DNA from: Octopus sinensis
Lineage: Eukaryota
Direction of reading: 5' to 3'
Assembly (NCBI RefSeq): GCF_006345805.1
Contig: NC_043015.1
Span: 47,926,001 to 47,990,000 of the forward strand
DNA: 64,000 nucleotides
Shown here: positions 51,055-64,000 of the stretch, piece by piece
Position numbering within the stretch: position 1 is the stretch's first letter
Layout of the letters: every line of letters starts with the position of its first letter
The notes under the pieces: generated by a model
Told to the model about the DNA's origin: nothing
The model's input: the letters and a program-made list of their open reading frames with translations, nothing else
Databases searched by the model: none
Position numbers and translations under genes: made by a program

Positions 51055-51689
51055 CTTATGTCAGCATCAAGATGCACAAAAACTTTTAGATGACTGCCCA
51101 CACGGAGCCCATAGTGATATATTTATATATATATATATAATTATTAATTTAACATATAAATTACCTATAAGATTTTATTTCATGCTGACTACCTGATATA
51201 ATCATTAACGTGATTTTATCCTTCAATTCTATTAAGAAGAATATATATATATATATATGGCGGTTCCCCAGTATGGCCACAGATCGTGAGCTGAAACTAG
51301 ATGAAAATGAAAAAAAATATATATATATGCACATAGATACATGAGGGAGTGCTGAGAAGTTTCTGGCTTTGGGTTAAAAACAATACAGGAGAATCAGTCA
51401 GTTATGATTTTATTCAACGTATCCCTCTCTCATATACACACACTTATTGCAGTGGTCCTTAAGATTTTCTAAGCCCTGTAAAAGAACTTGGATGATTGGG
51501 CCTCCAACCAAGCCCTTTGCAATATCCTTTAAGCCAGGGTCTTTTCAGCACCCCCTCATACAATTAGCTTTATAACTTTGGTCTATAAAATCTAGAGATA
51601 TCAGAACTATGAGTACATCAGATAAATCACCTACCCCTCTTCTCCATCCACAATTCCTAGAGGTTCACGGTGGGTAGAGTTCACAGATG

Positions 51690-52155
51690 TCTCCTCCAGA
51701 GTCCAGAAGTTGGCTACCCACCTGGTTCTTGGCCCCAAGCATTTGTCTTACGAAGAAAGGCTGAAGACGCTCGACCTTTATTCTCTAGAAAAACGCCGCC
51801 GCCGTGGTGATCTCATTCTTGCTCACAACATCATAAGCGGAAAGTGTAACCTCTCAAAAGAGCTGTTCTTCACTCCTGCTCCAGAGCGTCGGCTGTGGGG
51901 TCACTCCAAAAAGCTCTATCTGTGACGATTTCATCTCAATCAAAGGAGAGGGGCTTTCTCCGTCCGGGTTGCGGATCTGTGGAATAAGCTGCCAGACGAG
52001 ATAAGGAAGATGCCGATGACCGCTCGGTTCAAAGTCTCTCTTGACCAGAAATGGCCTGAACTCTTTGCATGAACACCACCCTGTACACAACTCCATGTCC
52101 CCCTACATGGCCTTGCTTTTTGCTTTTTGAGCCAAAAAATTAACTCAACTTAACT
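51690..52155 (+). mobile_element. CR1-like LINE 3' fragment
   Basis: LSYEERLKTLDLYSLEKRRRRGDLI...GHSKKL...FSVRV..LWNKLP; short (TAAC)-type tail. Confidence 0.85.
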
Positions 52156-52339
52156 TATCAGAAGCAATCATTATTATTCTTTCTGGTTGAATTTCCAAGC
52201 ATAACCAACTGAGACTATGGATATAATCCAACCATCTACTTCTTGGTATACCCTTAGTGCTCCAGCCAGTTGGCTCAGCTTGAAGAATCTGTCTTGTAAT
52301 TCTTTCCTGTGACATTCTACTCACATGTCCATAGTACCA

Positions 52340-52632
52340 ACAATATCTGGTGAATGTGGAAGGTGGGGTAACACATCCCAGCCGAGCTGCAGCAATTTTT
52401 GTCTGGTTCCCAAAGCATCATGTGTCAAAAATGAACTTCCTTATCTTCTGTTTTAAAGGGTTACAGAATTAACACAGGTTATAGGAACATAAACCTTCTT
52501 CCACGAAAAGATGGCTTAAACTGTTCTCTAAATAGAGGTGTAGTCAAATGCTATTTTATGGATTCAACCATGTTCTAAAATAAGTTGAAAGGTAAGCTGC
52601 TATAAATCGGCACAAACTTTCCGGACAACCCA
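52340..52632 (-). mobile_element. Internally deleted mariner, partial copy of the 61030-61580 family
   Basis: TIR TTGGGTTGTCCGGAAAGTTTGTGCCGATT and the same deletion junction (HMML|WE..RQKLLQ). Confidence 0.75.
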
Positions 52633-52789
52633 ATACTAGCACAATCAGCCACAGGTACTACTCTCATAACTAGTACTCGTTTGACGGTGTATTTATTTCA
52701 GTAATTATAATAGAGGGTATCTATGAGGTGTCATTTATAATTCTCATCTTGAGTCATACAGTTTGAAGTTAGACCTATTTTTGATTAAG

Positions 52790-52792
52790 GCC

Positions 52793-52836
<44 letters not shown>

Positions 52837-53345
52837 TGTGTACAGTGCTCAGGTGAACTACAACTCATCTAAAGTGTATATATAATCAGGTGTAGTTTCG
52901 GCGGATTTCGGAAAGCATGAGGGCCTTAAAGGATGCAGTGTCATGGCAGTCAACAACTGACGCAGGCAGTTTATTCCATGCTTCAGTAACTCTGAGCATG
53001 AAAAAATGTTTCCGAAAGTCATGGGAGCTGTGTTGTTTTCTGACTTTGTAGGTATGTCCACGTGTGTTAGACACATGGAGATCAAAAAGGTGTTCAGTAT
53101 TGTTGTTGGTGAGGTGGTTGATAACTTTGTGGGTGTTTACCAAGTCCGTCGCCAGACGCCGGAGCTTCAGTGAATCCATGCCCAGGGAAACAAGGCGCTC
53201 AGAATATGGTAGGTGTCTGATGGAAGGTATGCGTTTGGTTGCACATTTCTGGACAGATTCCAGGAGGTCAATGTTCTGAGCAAGATAGGGGTTCCAAACT
53301 GATGATGTGAATTCCAAGTGTGGTCGTACCATAGCTGTATACAGT
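52790..53345 (-). mobile_element. CR1-like LINE 3' fragment
   Basis: VRPHLEFTSSVWNPY...LESVQKCATK...YSERL..L...SLKLRR...TRGH.YK...FF.LRV..AWNKLP; (TTA)n tail. Confidence 0.9.
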
Positions 53346-53568
53346 TTTAAATGTAGATAAACAGACCCTAGCTAAAGGCCTTTAATGCATCTAACTTTTA
53401 TTTTTCTTCAAAAAAGTAAATAAATAAAAGAAATTAAATTTGGTAATTATTGCAGATGAAGATTTCAAGTATTTCTCCAATAAATTAGTAGAAATTATAT
53501 AAAATTCATTGATAGGTTATAGACTTTTGATCAAAGCATTAAAATGTTTTTGTTTTTTGTTTATTCAG

Positions 53569-53630
53569 GAAGAAATGACGACCTATGAAGATTTACTGAA
53601 CACTTACAAACTATTTGGATCTGAACATGG
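53569..53630 (+). CDS. TSNAXIP1: TSNAXIP1-like exon (EEMTTYEDLLNTYKLFGSEH)
   Basis: attcag acceptor, gg|gtaaat donor, phase 0-2. Confidence 0.78.
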
Positions 53631-53925
53631 GTAAATCTGATCCTATTATCCCAACCTTTTGCTATTTTTATTCGATATTTTATTCCAGTTTAAGGTGGTG
53701 AGCTGGCAGAACCATTAGCAAACAGGACGAAATACTTGACAATATTTCCTCTGAATTTACGTTTTGGGTTCAAATTTCGCTAAGGTTTAATTTCTCGTTC
53801 TTTCTTTTGGAGTTGATAAAAGAAGAACCAATGAATAATAATAGGAATAACAACACCAATAACAATTACGAAAAGATGAAGGGAAGGAGGGGGAAGAAGA
53901 AGAAGAAAAGGTGTTTGTGTGTATG

Positions 53926-53964
<39 letters not shown>

Positions 53965-54192
53965 CTTTACTACCCACAAGGGGCTAAACATAGAGAGGAC
54001 AAACAAGGACAGACAAACGGATTAAGTCGGTTACATCGATCCCAGTGCGAAACTGGTACTTTATTTATCGACCCCGAAAGGATGAAAGGCAAAGTTGACG
54101 TTGGCGGAATTTGAACTCAGAACGTAACTACAGATGAAATACCGCTAAGCATTTCGCCCGGCGTGCTAACGTTTCTGCCAGCTCACCGCCTT

Positions 54193-54228
<36 letters not shown>

Positions 54229-54602
54229 AAGGCATATGGCTCAGTGGTTAGAGCATCGAGCTTACAATCGTGAGGTTGTGAGATCGATTCCTGAACCGGG
54301 CTGCATGTTGTGTCTCTTGAGCAAGACACTTTATTTTACGTTGCTTCAGTTCACTCAGCTGTTGAAATGAGTTGCGACGTCACTGGTGCCAAGCTGTATC
54401 AGCCCCTTTGCCTTTCCCTTGGATAACATCGGTGGCATGGAGAGGGGAGGCCGGTATGCATGGGCAATTGCTGGTCTTCCATAAACAATTTTGCCCGGAC
54501 TTGTGGCTCAGAGGGGAACTTTGTAGGTGCAATCCCATGGTCATTCACGACTGAAGGAGGTCCCCGATATATATATATTAACATATATATATATATATTT
54601 AC

Positions 54603-54643
<41 letters not shown>

Positions 54644-55018
54644 CATACACACACACATATATATTTATATATCTGAGACCCCCTTCGGTCACGACACAGA
54701 CCGTGGGATGGTATCTAGAAAGCTACCCTCCCAGGCACAAGTCCGGGCAAGGTTGTTTATGGAAGACCAGCAGTCACCCATGCATATCGGCCTCCACTCT
54801 CCACACCACCAGTGTTATCCAAAGGAAAGGCAATGGCTGATACAGCTTGGCAACTGTGACATTGCAACTCATTTTTTCTACAGCTGAGTGAAGTGGAGCA
54901 ACGTGAGCTTTAGGTGTTTTCGCTGAATAAACACTCACAACGCCTGGTCTGGGAATCGAAACCGTGATCCTACAACCGCGAGTCTGCTGCCCTAACCACT
55001 GGGTCATTGCGCCTCCAC

Positions 55019-55051
<33 letters not shown>

Positions 55052-55218
55052 ATGCAATTATAAAGAGAAATCAAGTCAGTTTGTGTTCAGTGATTTCTAG
55101 AATTGATTAAGATTCTAAAATCAAGAATAAATTGTTTTCTTTGATATTTAATTAAAATACATTCTATTTCTATGCTGTATCAAAAGTTTCTCAATGCTTT
55201 CTGTTTCCTTTAAAATAG

Positions 55219-55308
55219 AATTTTATTAAAGATGAACCAAAATCTAACAGAGGAAAGAAACCATTATTACCAACAGCAGCAGAAACTACAGTCAATATCA
55301 GGAGCAAT
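55219..55308 (+). CDS. TSNAXIP1: TSNAXIP1-like exon (ILLKMNQNLTEERNHYYQQQQKLQ)
   Basis: aatag acceptor, at|gtatgt donor, phase 2-2; aligns to ILMQLHMSTLKERDQFFSELQ. Confidence 0.8.
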
Positions 55309-55561
55309 GTATGTATTACATTTTCTCACAAAACGATGCATTTACTAGGAATTACTTATGTAGGACTTAAGTTTCTTATAAGAAAATTATATCATAGGTG
55401 TAGGAGTGGCTGTGTGGTAAGTAGCTTGCTTATGAACCACATTGTTCCGGGTTCAGTCCCAATGCATGGCACCTTGGGCAAGTGTCTTCTACTATAGCCT
55501 CGGGCCGACCAAAGCCTTGTGAGTAGATTTGGTAGACGGAAACTGAAAGAAGCCCATCGTA

Positions 55562-55608
<47 letters not shown>

Positions 55609-56242
55609 GTTAATATGTTTTTTGTGTCTGTGTTTGTCCCCACCAACATCGCTTGACAACATATGCTGGTGTGTTTACATCCCCATAACTTAGCAGCTTG
55701 GCAAAAGAGACCAATAGAATAAGTACTAGGCTTACAAAGAATAAGTCCTGGGGTCGATTTTCTCGACTAAAGTCGGTGCTCCAGCATGGCCACAGTCAAA
55801 TGACTGAAACGAGTAAAAGAGTATCATACATTCACATCACAGTATGAATTCTGATCCTGAACAACACTCAAATGGTCTCTTGCTATTGAAAAATTTGATA
55901 AAAACAAAACAAAGTCCTCTTTGGCATTGGTAAGTCTGTTAACGATGTTTTGGTATGGATAACTTGCATGGCAAATATCTTCTGCTCTAGCCTCTGGCTG
56001 ACTAAAGTCTTATGAGATTTGATTGACAGAAAGTGAAAGAAACTTGCGTGTGTGTTGGTAGGTAGGTAGGTAGGTATGAATGTTCTTGTCTGTTTATAAA
56101 TATTAAAATTTTTCTGAAGAAGGAGCTGGTTCCTAACAAATATACAAAGCTCCCTTGTTGGAATGCAGATAACGAAATCAATGTCACATTTTAAACCTGT
56201 GAAAAAATCTTGCATAGTTTTAACCAAAACCTAAAACTTTAT

Positions 56243-56583
56243 AACAATTGCAGCGTGGAAGGTGTTTATAAGCCATTTAAGAAAAACACAAAAACCGTTA
56301 GATTCACTTCAACATTTAAATTTAATTTGCCAAAATATTTTCTTCGCTTTGAGACCGCGACCTGTTCACTGACAAAATTTCGTGCTGCATCTCAATTTTG
56401 TCAGTGAACAGGTCGCAGTCTCAAAGCGAAGAAAATATTTTGACAAATTAAATTTAAATGTTGCAGTGAATCTAACGATTTTTGTGTGTTTCTTAAATGG
56501 CTTTTAAACATCTTCCACGCTGCAATTGTTTTCGTTCCAGCACACGATCTCAGATCAGGTCGCTTGCTATGCAAGTACATCTC
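56243..56583. mobile_element. Asymmetric fold-back element (Penelope pLTR-like), copy 2
   Basis: About 137-bp near-perfect inverted arms (56243-56379 / 56394-56530) plus a one-sided 53-bp extension. Confidence 0.7.
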
Positions 56584-56727
56584 CATAATAAAACTTAATA
56601 TTTCATGATAAAATGAACAATGGGTAAATATATACATACCTCACTTGGTAGTCATAGTTGTTATATATACCTAAAATAATTTTTCTTTTTAAGAAAAACT
56701 AACACTAGTTTATATCTCGTTGTTTAG

Positions 56728-56893
56728 ACAACATTGGAAGAAATGTGTTGGCTATATCACTGGCGAAGATGTCAGCTGGCAAGAAATATCCTCTGAGGCA
56801 GCCTCCCGGGAACTTTTACAAGTTTTGATACAAACTATCAGTGCAAAGGAAGCTGCTCATCTTGAAATGGATATAACTTCATTTACTGGAAAG
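56728..56893 (+). CDS. TSNAXIP1: TSNAXIP1-like exon (QHWKKCVGYITGEDVSWQEIS...FTGK)
   Basis: gtttag acceptor, aag|gtttct donor, phase 2-0; W.KC...W pattern as in PDWTKCKDVVAGGPERW. Confidence 0.85.
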
Positions 56894-58227
56894 GTTTCTA
56901 TTATCTTCGTTTATTACAGTCTTTTAATATCATTTGTTTTCACTCTTTTATTTGTTTCTGTGCCCATGCTGGGGCACTGTCTTGATGGGTCTTAGATGAA
57001 CAAATTGACCCCAGTTCTTATTACTCTTTTACTCTTTTACTTGTTTCAGTCATTTGACTGCGGCCATGCTGGAACAAGCTTAGTATTTATTCTGTCGGTC
57101 TCTTTTTGCGAACGACTAAGTTACAATGACCTAAACAAATCAAGCGATGGTGGGGAACAAACACGAACACAAAGACACACACACACACACACACAGTTAC
57201 ATACCATATGTATGGTATAAATGGCATTAGTACATGCCAGAGTCAGAACAAAGAGTATGATTTATTGTTGGGTAGTTGCAAGGTTGTCATTCTTGCTGTT
57301 TAGATATAGATGCAGCCTTGGATCTTGACCCAGCAAACTTTTAAACAAGAATATTCTGACCAAACATAACTATTTACTTGTTAAAATCTTTGTCTATATG
57401 ATTCCAACCTTGTTTTCTTCTTTTCCGTTCATATTCCTATTCAGCCATCTTCTCTGCCTACTTTTCCTGGAAGGGTCATTGGGGTAAAATCCTCAGAAAA
57501 CCTCCTCCATAGGCTCCAATCGGAAGCAGTCATCATTAGACATCCTGGCTGGATTCCCAAACGTGACCTACTGGAACTATGGAGGTTATCCAACCATTTC
57601 ATTCTTGGTCTACACCTACCCCATTCTAGGTTTCTTGTCAGTTAGCTTGGCTTGAAGAATCCATCATGTGATATTACCCTGCAATATTCTAAGCACATTT
57701 TCACAATGCCTGGCGCTGCGGAGAAGTAGCTGCTGAAAATGGCAATCAAAATTTGAAAAAAAATCCTGTTCTTATCAATTCATTATTTTATTTCATTATT
57801 CTTTTAGTCTTTTACTTGTTTCGGTCATTTGACTACAACCATGCTGGAGCACCACCTTAAAGGGTTTTAGCTGAAGAAATGGACCCCAGGACTTATTCTT
57901 TATAAGCCTAGTACTTATTCTATCGGTCTCTTTTGCCGAACCAATAAGTTACAGGGACCTAAACACACCAGCATCGGTTATGAAGCAATGGTTGGGGTAC
58001 AAACATAGACAAAAAGACACACACATAAATATATACATATATATATATATATATATGACGCAGGAGTGGCTGTGTGGTAAGTAGCTTGCTTACCAACCAC
58101 ATGGTTCCGGGTTCAGTCCCACTGTGTGGCACCTTGGGCAAATGTCTTCTACTATAGCCTCGGGTCGACCAAAGCCTTGTGAGTGGATTTGGTAGACGGA
58201 AACTGAAAGAAGCCCGTCGTATATATG

Positions 58228-58261
<34 letters not shown>

Positions 58262-58666
58262 CGTGTATGTTTGTGTGTCTGTGTTTGTCCCCCTAGCATT
58301 GCTTGACAACCGATGCTGGTTTGTTTATGTCCCCATCACTTAGCGGTTCGGCAAAAGAGACCGATAGAATAAGTACTGGGCTTACAAAGAATAAGTCCCG
58401 GGGTCGAGTTGCTCGACTAAAGGCGGTGCTCCAGCATGGCCGCAGTCAAATGACTGAAACAAGTAAAAGAGTAAAAGAGAGAGTATGTCGGGCTTCTTTC
58501 TGAGTTCAGTGGGACTGAACTCAGAACCATGTGGTTGGGAAGCAAGCTTCTTACCACACAGCCACACCTGTGCCATTATTGTAAAAAAAATTTTTTAAGT
58601 TTACTGAAATTTAGACTGTAATAAAGTTTCTTTGAAGTAGTTTTAAGTTTCCACATTCTCTTATAG

Positions 58667-58789
58667 GGTCTTTCTCCAGATGTTCCAAAACTCTTGAGAT
58701 ATGAAGGGAAAGTCAATAACCGACGGATGACTCCGCGAGATTGTGTCTACTTCATTAAAGATATTTGGTCTAACCGAGTGTATGAAGAA
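58667..58789 (+). CDS. TSNAXIP1: TSNAXIP1-like exon (GLSPDVPKLLRYEGKVNNRRMTPRDCVYFIKDIW)
   Basis: ttatag acceptor, gaa|gtgagt donor, phase 0-0; matches G.G..IP.FLRFDG.V.N......D....KDAW. Confidence 0.9.
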
Positions 58790-58873
58790 GTGAGTATGTT
58801 GACCTTTGAAACAAAACTGAACATAGCATTACTTTGAAGATGGCAATCAATAAGATTTAAACCATTAATATTA

Positions 58874-60500
58874 TTAGGTTGTTCCAAAAATAATGACTGT
58901 TCTAAGTGTTGTGTTTTGAAATGCAATTTTATCATAGTATTTTAATTATATTTGAGGTGAATTTTGACATACTTAATAATTTATATATGCTCTTTAATAA
59001 TTTTCTACTTATTTCAGACAGAAAACATTTTTGAAGCATAGGCGCCCTTAATTATGAACATGACAAAAAAGGACCTTCTCTTTACTCTTTTACTCTTTTA
59101 CTTGTTTCAGTCATTTGACTGCGGCCATGCTGGAGCACCGCCTTTAATCGAGCAACTCGACCCCAGGACTTATTCTTTTTTTTGTAAGCCCAGTACTTAT
59201 TCTATCGGTCTCTTTTGCCGAACCGCTAAGTAACGAGGACATAAGCACACCAGCATCGGTTGTCAAGCAATGCTAGGGTGGACAAACACAGACACACAAA
59301 CACATATACATATACATATATACGACAGGCTTCTTTCAGTTTCCGTCTACCAAATCCACTCACAAGGCTTTGGTCGGCCTGAGGCTATAGTAGAAGACAC
59401 TTGCCCAAGGTGCCACGCAGTGGGACTGAACCCGGAACCATGTGGTTGGTAAACAAGCTACTTACCACACAGCCACTCCTTCGCTCACTTTTCTTGCATG
59501 AGTTCAAGCTGGGGCACAATACCTCCCAAACTCCTGCCAATATCAACAGGGGAAGAGGGGTCCACAATGATCACACAGTACAAAGGTGGTTTCAGAAATT
59601 CTGTAGTGGTGATAAGAGCCTTGAAGATGAAGAAGGTAGAGGACAGTCATGCAGTCTTGAAAGAAATTGTTGAACCAAACCCCACATCAAAATGTCAGAG
59701 AAATGTCTCAGGCACTTGGTGTCAGTACTGCAATGGTCTCACGCAATCTGCAGAAGATTGGTAAGGTGAAAAAGCTTGATAAATGAGTACTGCATGAGCT
59801 GAACGAAAATCCAAAAGTTTGGTGTTTTGAAGTGTGCTCTTTCTGCGAAACACCAATGATCCTTTTCATGACCAAATAGTTGCTTTTGACGAAAAGCGGA
59901 TCCTTTATGGTAACCGTAACTGATCGGGTCAATGGCTTGATCGTGATGTGTCCCCAAAACATTTCCCAAAGCTAAAGTTGCATCAGTAAAAGATTATGGT
60001 GACTGTCTGGTGGTTTGCAATTGGCTTTGTCCAATTTTGGAAGCCAATCAGAGCATTACAGCAGAGGTTTACTGCAATCAACTCACTGAAGTGCATATTC
60101 ACTCGCAAAAAATGAGATCTGCATTGGTGAATTGGCGTGGCCCGATTCTGTTCCATGATAATGTAAAGCCACATGCTGCAGGAATGACGCTGCAGAAACT
60201 CAGACTTGGGATAAGAGACTTTACTACATCCACCATATTCTCCTGATCTTTCACCACTGACTGCCATTTTTTAAAGCATTTAAACACGTTTTTAAGTGAT
60301 AAAACTTTCAGGTCCAAACCAGAGGTGGAATCAGCTTTCAAAGATTTCTTAGCATCAAAGCCAATAAGTTTTTTATCAACAAGGCATAAATAATCTTGTT
60401 GATAGATGGCAGAGATGCATAATCAAAATATTTCTGTTGTTATATTTTCCAGCATAAAAGTATGTTTCTGAAATCGGCCATTATTTTCAGAACAACCTAT
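58874..60500 (+). mobile_element. Degraded mariner (cecropia-like) interrupted by SINE A
   Basis: TIRs TTAGGTTGTTC..AAAATAATG / CATTATTTTCAGAACAACCTA; FLHEFKLGHN, FDEKRILY, KIMVTVWW, FHDNVKPH and HPPYSPDL remnants. Confidence 0.88.
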
Positions 60501-61029
60501 TCCTTTTAGATATAGATGCATACATTTATATATTTAACGCATTCATATGTGCTCAGACATAGAAAGGCCTTCACTACTGATACTGTCTTGGGAAAGAAAT
60601 TCCCCTTATAGACAATTTGTGCAAAAAAACAAAGACACCACTTGGCCATAAACAACATTGTCAGACTGTAGAACATGTTCCTGCATTGTTATGTTTCATC
60701 AGCTACAGACACAGAATCAGTCATTCACAGCTCACTAAGAACTACCATTCTTATATTTACACAGCAAATAACAAATTTTCTGATGTGAAAAGCCTTGTCA
60801 TGCTGGAATGAATTAATAAGAGGCACACTAATCAATAATGATTAGAATAAAACAATGTACATTTATCTCTAATATGGCTGTGTCCTATGTATGTGTCTGG
60901 TGGTGAGCATCCAATTTGGGAGTTATGGAGTTATGGGGAGCATAGAGTGACCCTTAATTACCATTACTCCCAGGTCCATTCTGTCATAGAATGGTTGTGC
61001 CTGTCAGGTTTCTGTCAATGGGTTAAATA

Positions 61030-61580
61030 TTGGGTTGTCCAGAAAGTTTGTGCCGATTTATAGCAGCTTACCTTTCGAGTTATTTTAGAACATGGTTGAG
61101 TCCATAAAATAGGATTTGACTACACCTCCATTTAGAGAACAGTTTAAGCTATCTTTTCGTGGAAGAAGATTTATGTTCCTATAACCTGTGTTAATTCTGT
61201 AACACTTTAAAATGGAAGATAAGAAAATTCATTTTCGGCACATGATGCTTTGGGAATCAGACAAAAATTGCTGCAGATCAGCTGGGATGTGTTACCCCAC
61301 CCTCTATATTCACCAGATATTGCACCTTCGGATTTCCACTTATTCAGGTCTCTGCAGAATAGTCTTAATGGTAAAAATTTCAATTCCTTGGATGATGTAA
61401 AAAGATACCTTGATGAATTCTTTGCCATGAAACCCAGCTCAATTCTGGGAAGAGGGTATTTTCAAGTTAAAGGACAGATGGAGACACATTGTGCAACAAA
61501 ATGGTTCATATATGGTTGATTCAAAATGTAATGGCAAGTATTTCCTTCAAAAATAGGCACAAACTTTCCAGACAACCTAA
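61030..61580 (+). mobile_element. Internally deleted non-autonomous mariner
   Basis: TA-flanked TIRs; MEDKKIHFRHMML fused to RQKLLQISWDVLPHPLYSPDIAPSDFHLFRSLQNSL. Confidence 0.88.
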
Positions 61581-62010
61581 TAGATTTCTGCAAGGGCAGA
61601 TTGAGTTCCTTAGCTGCAGTGAAAGCAATCAATCTAGGAGAAAGAAAACTCCAAAATTAATATCCTCTTCTAGTATGCCCTAAGCCAGCATAGAAGAGTA
61701 TGGCACATGAAACTAACATAAAGTATATCCAGTAACATAGATTGATATTTTGGAGGTAACCACCTCATGGTGGTATACATCCTGCTGCAGGTGGAAATAG
61801 TGGGAAATGGTGGTGTTTGTGTGCTCTCAAACATTGAAAGACTTTCACTGCAGTTATCATCTCAGAAGTTTTCTCACACTTTGTCTATTAGAAACACATC
61901 ATTACTTTATATGCTTCCAATCAATTGATTACTTTGGTAAGCATTTACATTGAACAATGAAATTTTGCTCAGTTTTGACATTAAAGTTAACCTAGGAAAA
62001 GGTAGAAATA

Positions 62011-62409
62011 GGATCTTTTCGGTTTGAACGGCAGTTTTTTCTAGCAGTGTCATATGAAATTGTCACCCATAATTATGACACTAGTATCGATCTATTGCAT
62101 TTCAATCTGTTTTAGGGTTAGGGATATATTTTTTCTTCACAAATGTAAATAAACCCAATCTGTTTCTTAAACGAGGGACATATTCATACGGCACAGAATG
62201 TTTTCACCTCAAAAAGATGTCATTGATTGGTTGAAATTGCAGAAATTGAAGAAAAAAAAACAACAAATATCTTACAAACTATAGAATTTTTTCAATAAAG
62301 CCAAGAGAAAAAGATGTTTTATAAACACATTCTACCAGTATACGAAGTTTGAAAGTGTTTAGTTACCTAGAAATTATGTTAAAAACTGCCATTCAAACCG
62401 AAAAGATCC
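62011..62409. mobile_element. Related MITE with shorter TIRs
   Basis: 8-bp TSD TAGAAATA; TIR GGATCTTTTCGGTTTGAA; internal TTTAGGGTTAGGG. Confidence 0.8.
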
Positions 62410-62464
62410 TAGAAATATTATGGATTCAAATCCAAGTAAATTCTTTTTTTGTGAGTTTTTATAG

Positions 62465-62623
62465 GAGAGCAACCTCATGGAGTTTCTTGAGGCTTACATG
62501 ATGAAGCAATTCCCAGATGAGACTTTGAGGACTGAATGGTCTTATACGTTCTACTTCACACTAAAACAATTGTCGCCAATTAACAACTACGTCAAGCTTT
62601 TCTGGAAAATACTTAACGAAGAG
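62465..62623 (+). CDS. TSNAXIP1: TSNAXIP1-like exon (ESNLMEFLEAYMMKQFPDETLRTEWSYTF...LFWKILNEE); gene continues beyond the window
   Basis: ttatag acceptor, gag|gtatag donor, phase 0-0; EW.Y..F and F..IL motifs. Confidence 0.85.
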
Positions 62624-64000
62624 GTATAGCAATTTGTTATTTACAAACCATCTTTTATCTTTTGCTTGCTTCAGTCACTGGACTGTGCCCATGCTGGGGC
62701 ACCACATTGAAGGGTTTAGTTGAACAAGTTCCCTATTTATTTATCTTTTTAGAGCCTGGTACCCATTTCATTTGGTTTCTGTTGCTAAACTGCTAAGTTA
62801 CAGGGACGTAAACAAACCAACACCGGTTGTCAAGTGATGGTGGAGAACAAACATATTGAAGACACAAAGACATACACATAGATATATGCATACATAAATA
62901 TATATGTGTGTATTTATATAGAACAGACTTCTTTTAGTTTCCTCTTACCAAATCCACTCACAAGGTATTGGTCAGCCCAGGGCTATAGTAGAAGGTGCTT
63001 GCCCAGGGTTCCACACAGTGGGACTGAACTCAAGACCACATGGTTGGGAAGCAAACTTCTCAACCATACAGCTACACCTGTGCCTATGCACAGGTTGTTT
63101 TAATTCTTTTATTCTTTTACTTGTTTCAGTCATTTGCCTACAGCCATACTGGAGCTCCGTCTTGAAGGGTTTTAGCTCAACAAATCAACCCCAGGACTTA
63201 TTTTTAAAGCCTAGTACTTATTGTATCAGTCTCTTTTGCTAAACCACTAAGTTACAAGGCGTAAACACAACACCAGTTGTCAAGCGGTGATGGCAGGGAC
63301 AAACACAGACACAGAGACATGCACACATAGATATAGACATATATATACAAAATAGTTAGTGAGAACGAAAAAGGCAATTCACAATTCAACATCCTTCTAA
63401 CTTGGGGCCAAAGGCAGCAAATTCATCATCATCATTATCATCATCGTTTAGCGTCCGCTTTCCATGCTAGCATGGGTTGGACGGTTCAACTGGGGTCTGG
63501 GAAGCCAGAAGGCTGCACCAGGCCCAGTCTGATCTGGCAATGTTTCTACGGCTGGATGCCCTTCCTAACGCCAACCACTGCGTGAGTATAGTGGGTGCTT
63601 TTTACATGCCACCGGCACAGGTGCCAGACGAGGCTGGCAAACGGCCATGATCGGATGGTGCTTTTTACATGCCACTGGCATGAGGCCAGTCAGGGCAGCG
63701 CTGGCAACGGCCACGTTCGGATGGTTCTCTTACGTACCACCGGCACTGGTATCACAGCTGCAATTTCCATTGATGTTGATTGATTTCAATTTTGATTTGG
63801 ATTTGGGATTTGAGATTTTCACTTGCCTCAACAGGTCTTCACAAGTAGAGTTTTGTGTCCCAAGAAGGAAAGACATAGAGAGAGGGAAGAGAGCAGTTAA
63901 TAAATTTAACTTCCATTCGTGTTGAATAATCAATGTTTAGATAAAACATCAACAATTTGCCTTGATACAAAACAACTGTAAAAGTGGGCAAGGTGAATAA

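Overview
AT-rich, repeat-dense eukaryotic DNA. The SINE, mariner and microsatellite content looks like a cephalopod (Octopus-like) genome; that assignment is inferred from memory, not searched. There are two spliced + strand genes. The first is the 3' part of a kazrin-like triple-SAM gene (9 phase-consistent exons, 610-16390, ending in STAV*). The second is the 5' part of a TSNAXIP1-like ciliary coiled-coil gene, with an X-box promoter near 30.8 kb and 11 coding exons from 38844 to 62623, running off the window. Introns and intergenic DNA hold at least four SINE-like families, mariner fossils, hAT, piggyBac and Helitron-type MITEs, and CR1, RTE, R4/Dong and CRE-like non-LTR fragments. The most notable signal is a set of type I hammerhead ribozyme motifs in short Penelope/retrozyme-like inserts. 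Two have intact canonical cores (26948-27051 and 50956-51054, both minus strand). One hairpin family carries a compensatory G3:C8 core (10562-10612; 56243-56583). Two more are degenerate. Protein family calls rest on remembered motifs; no database search was run. Repeat boundaries are approximate unless a TSD is given.
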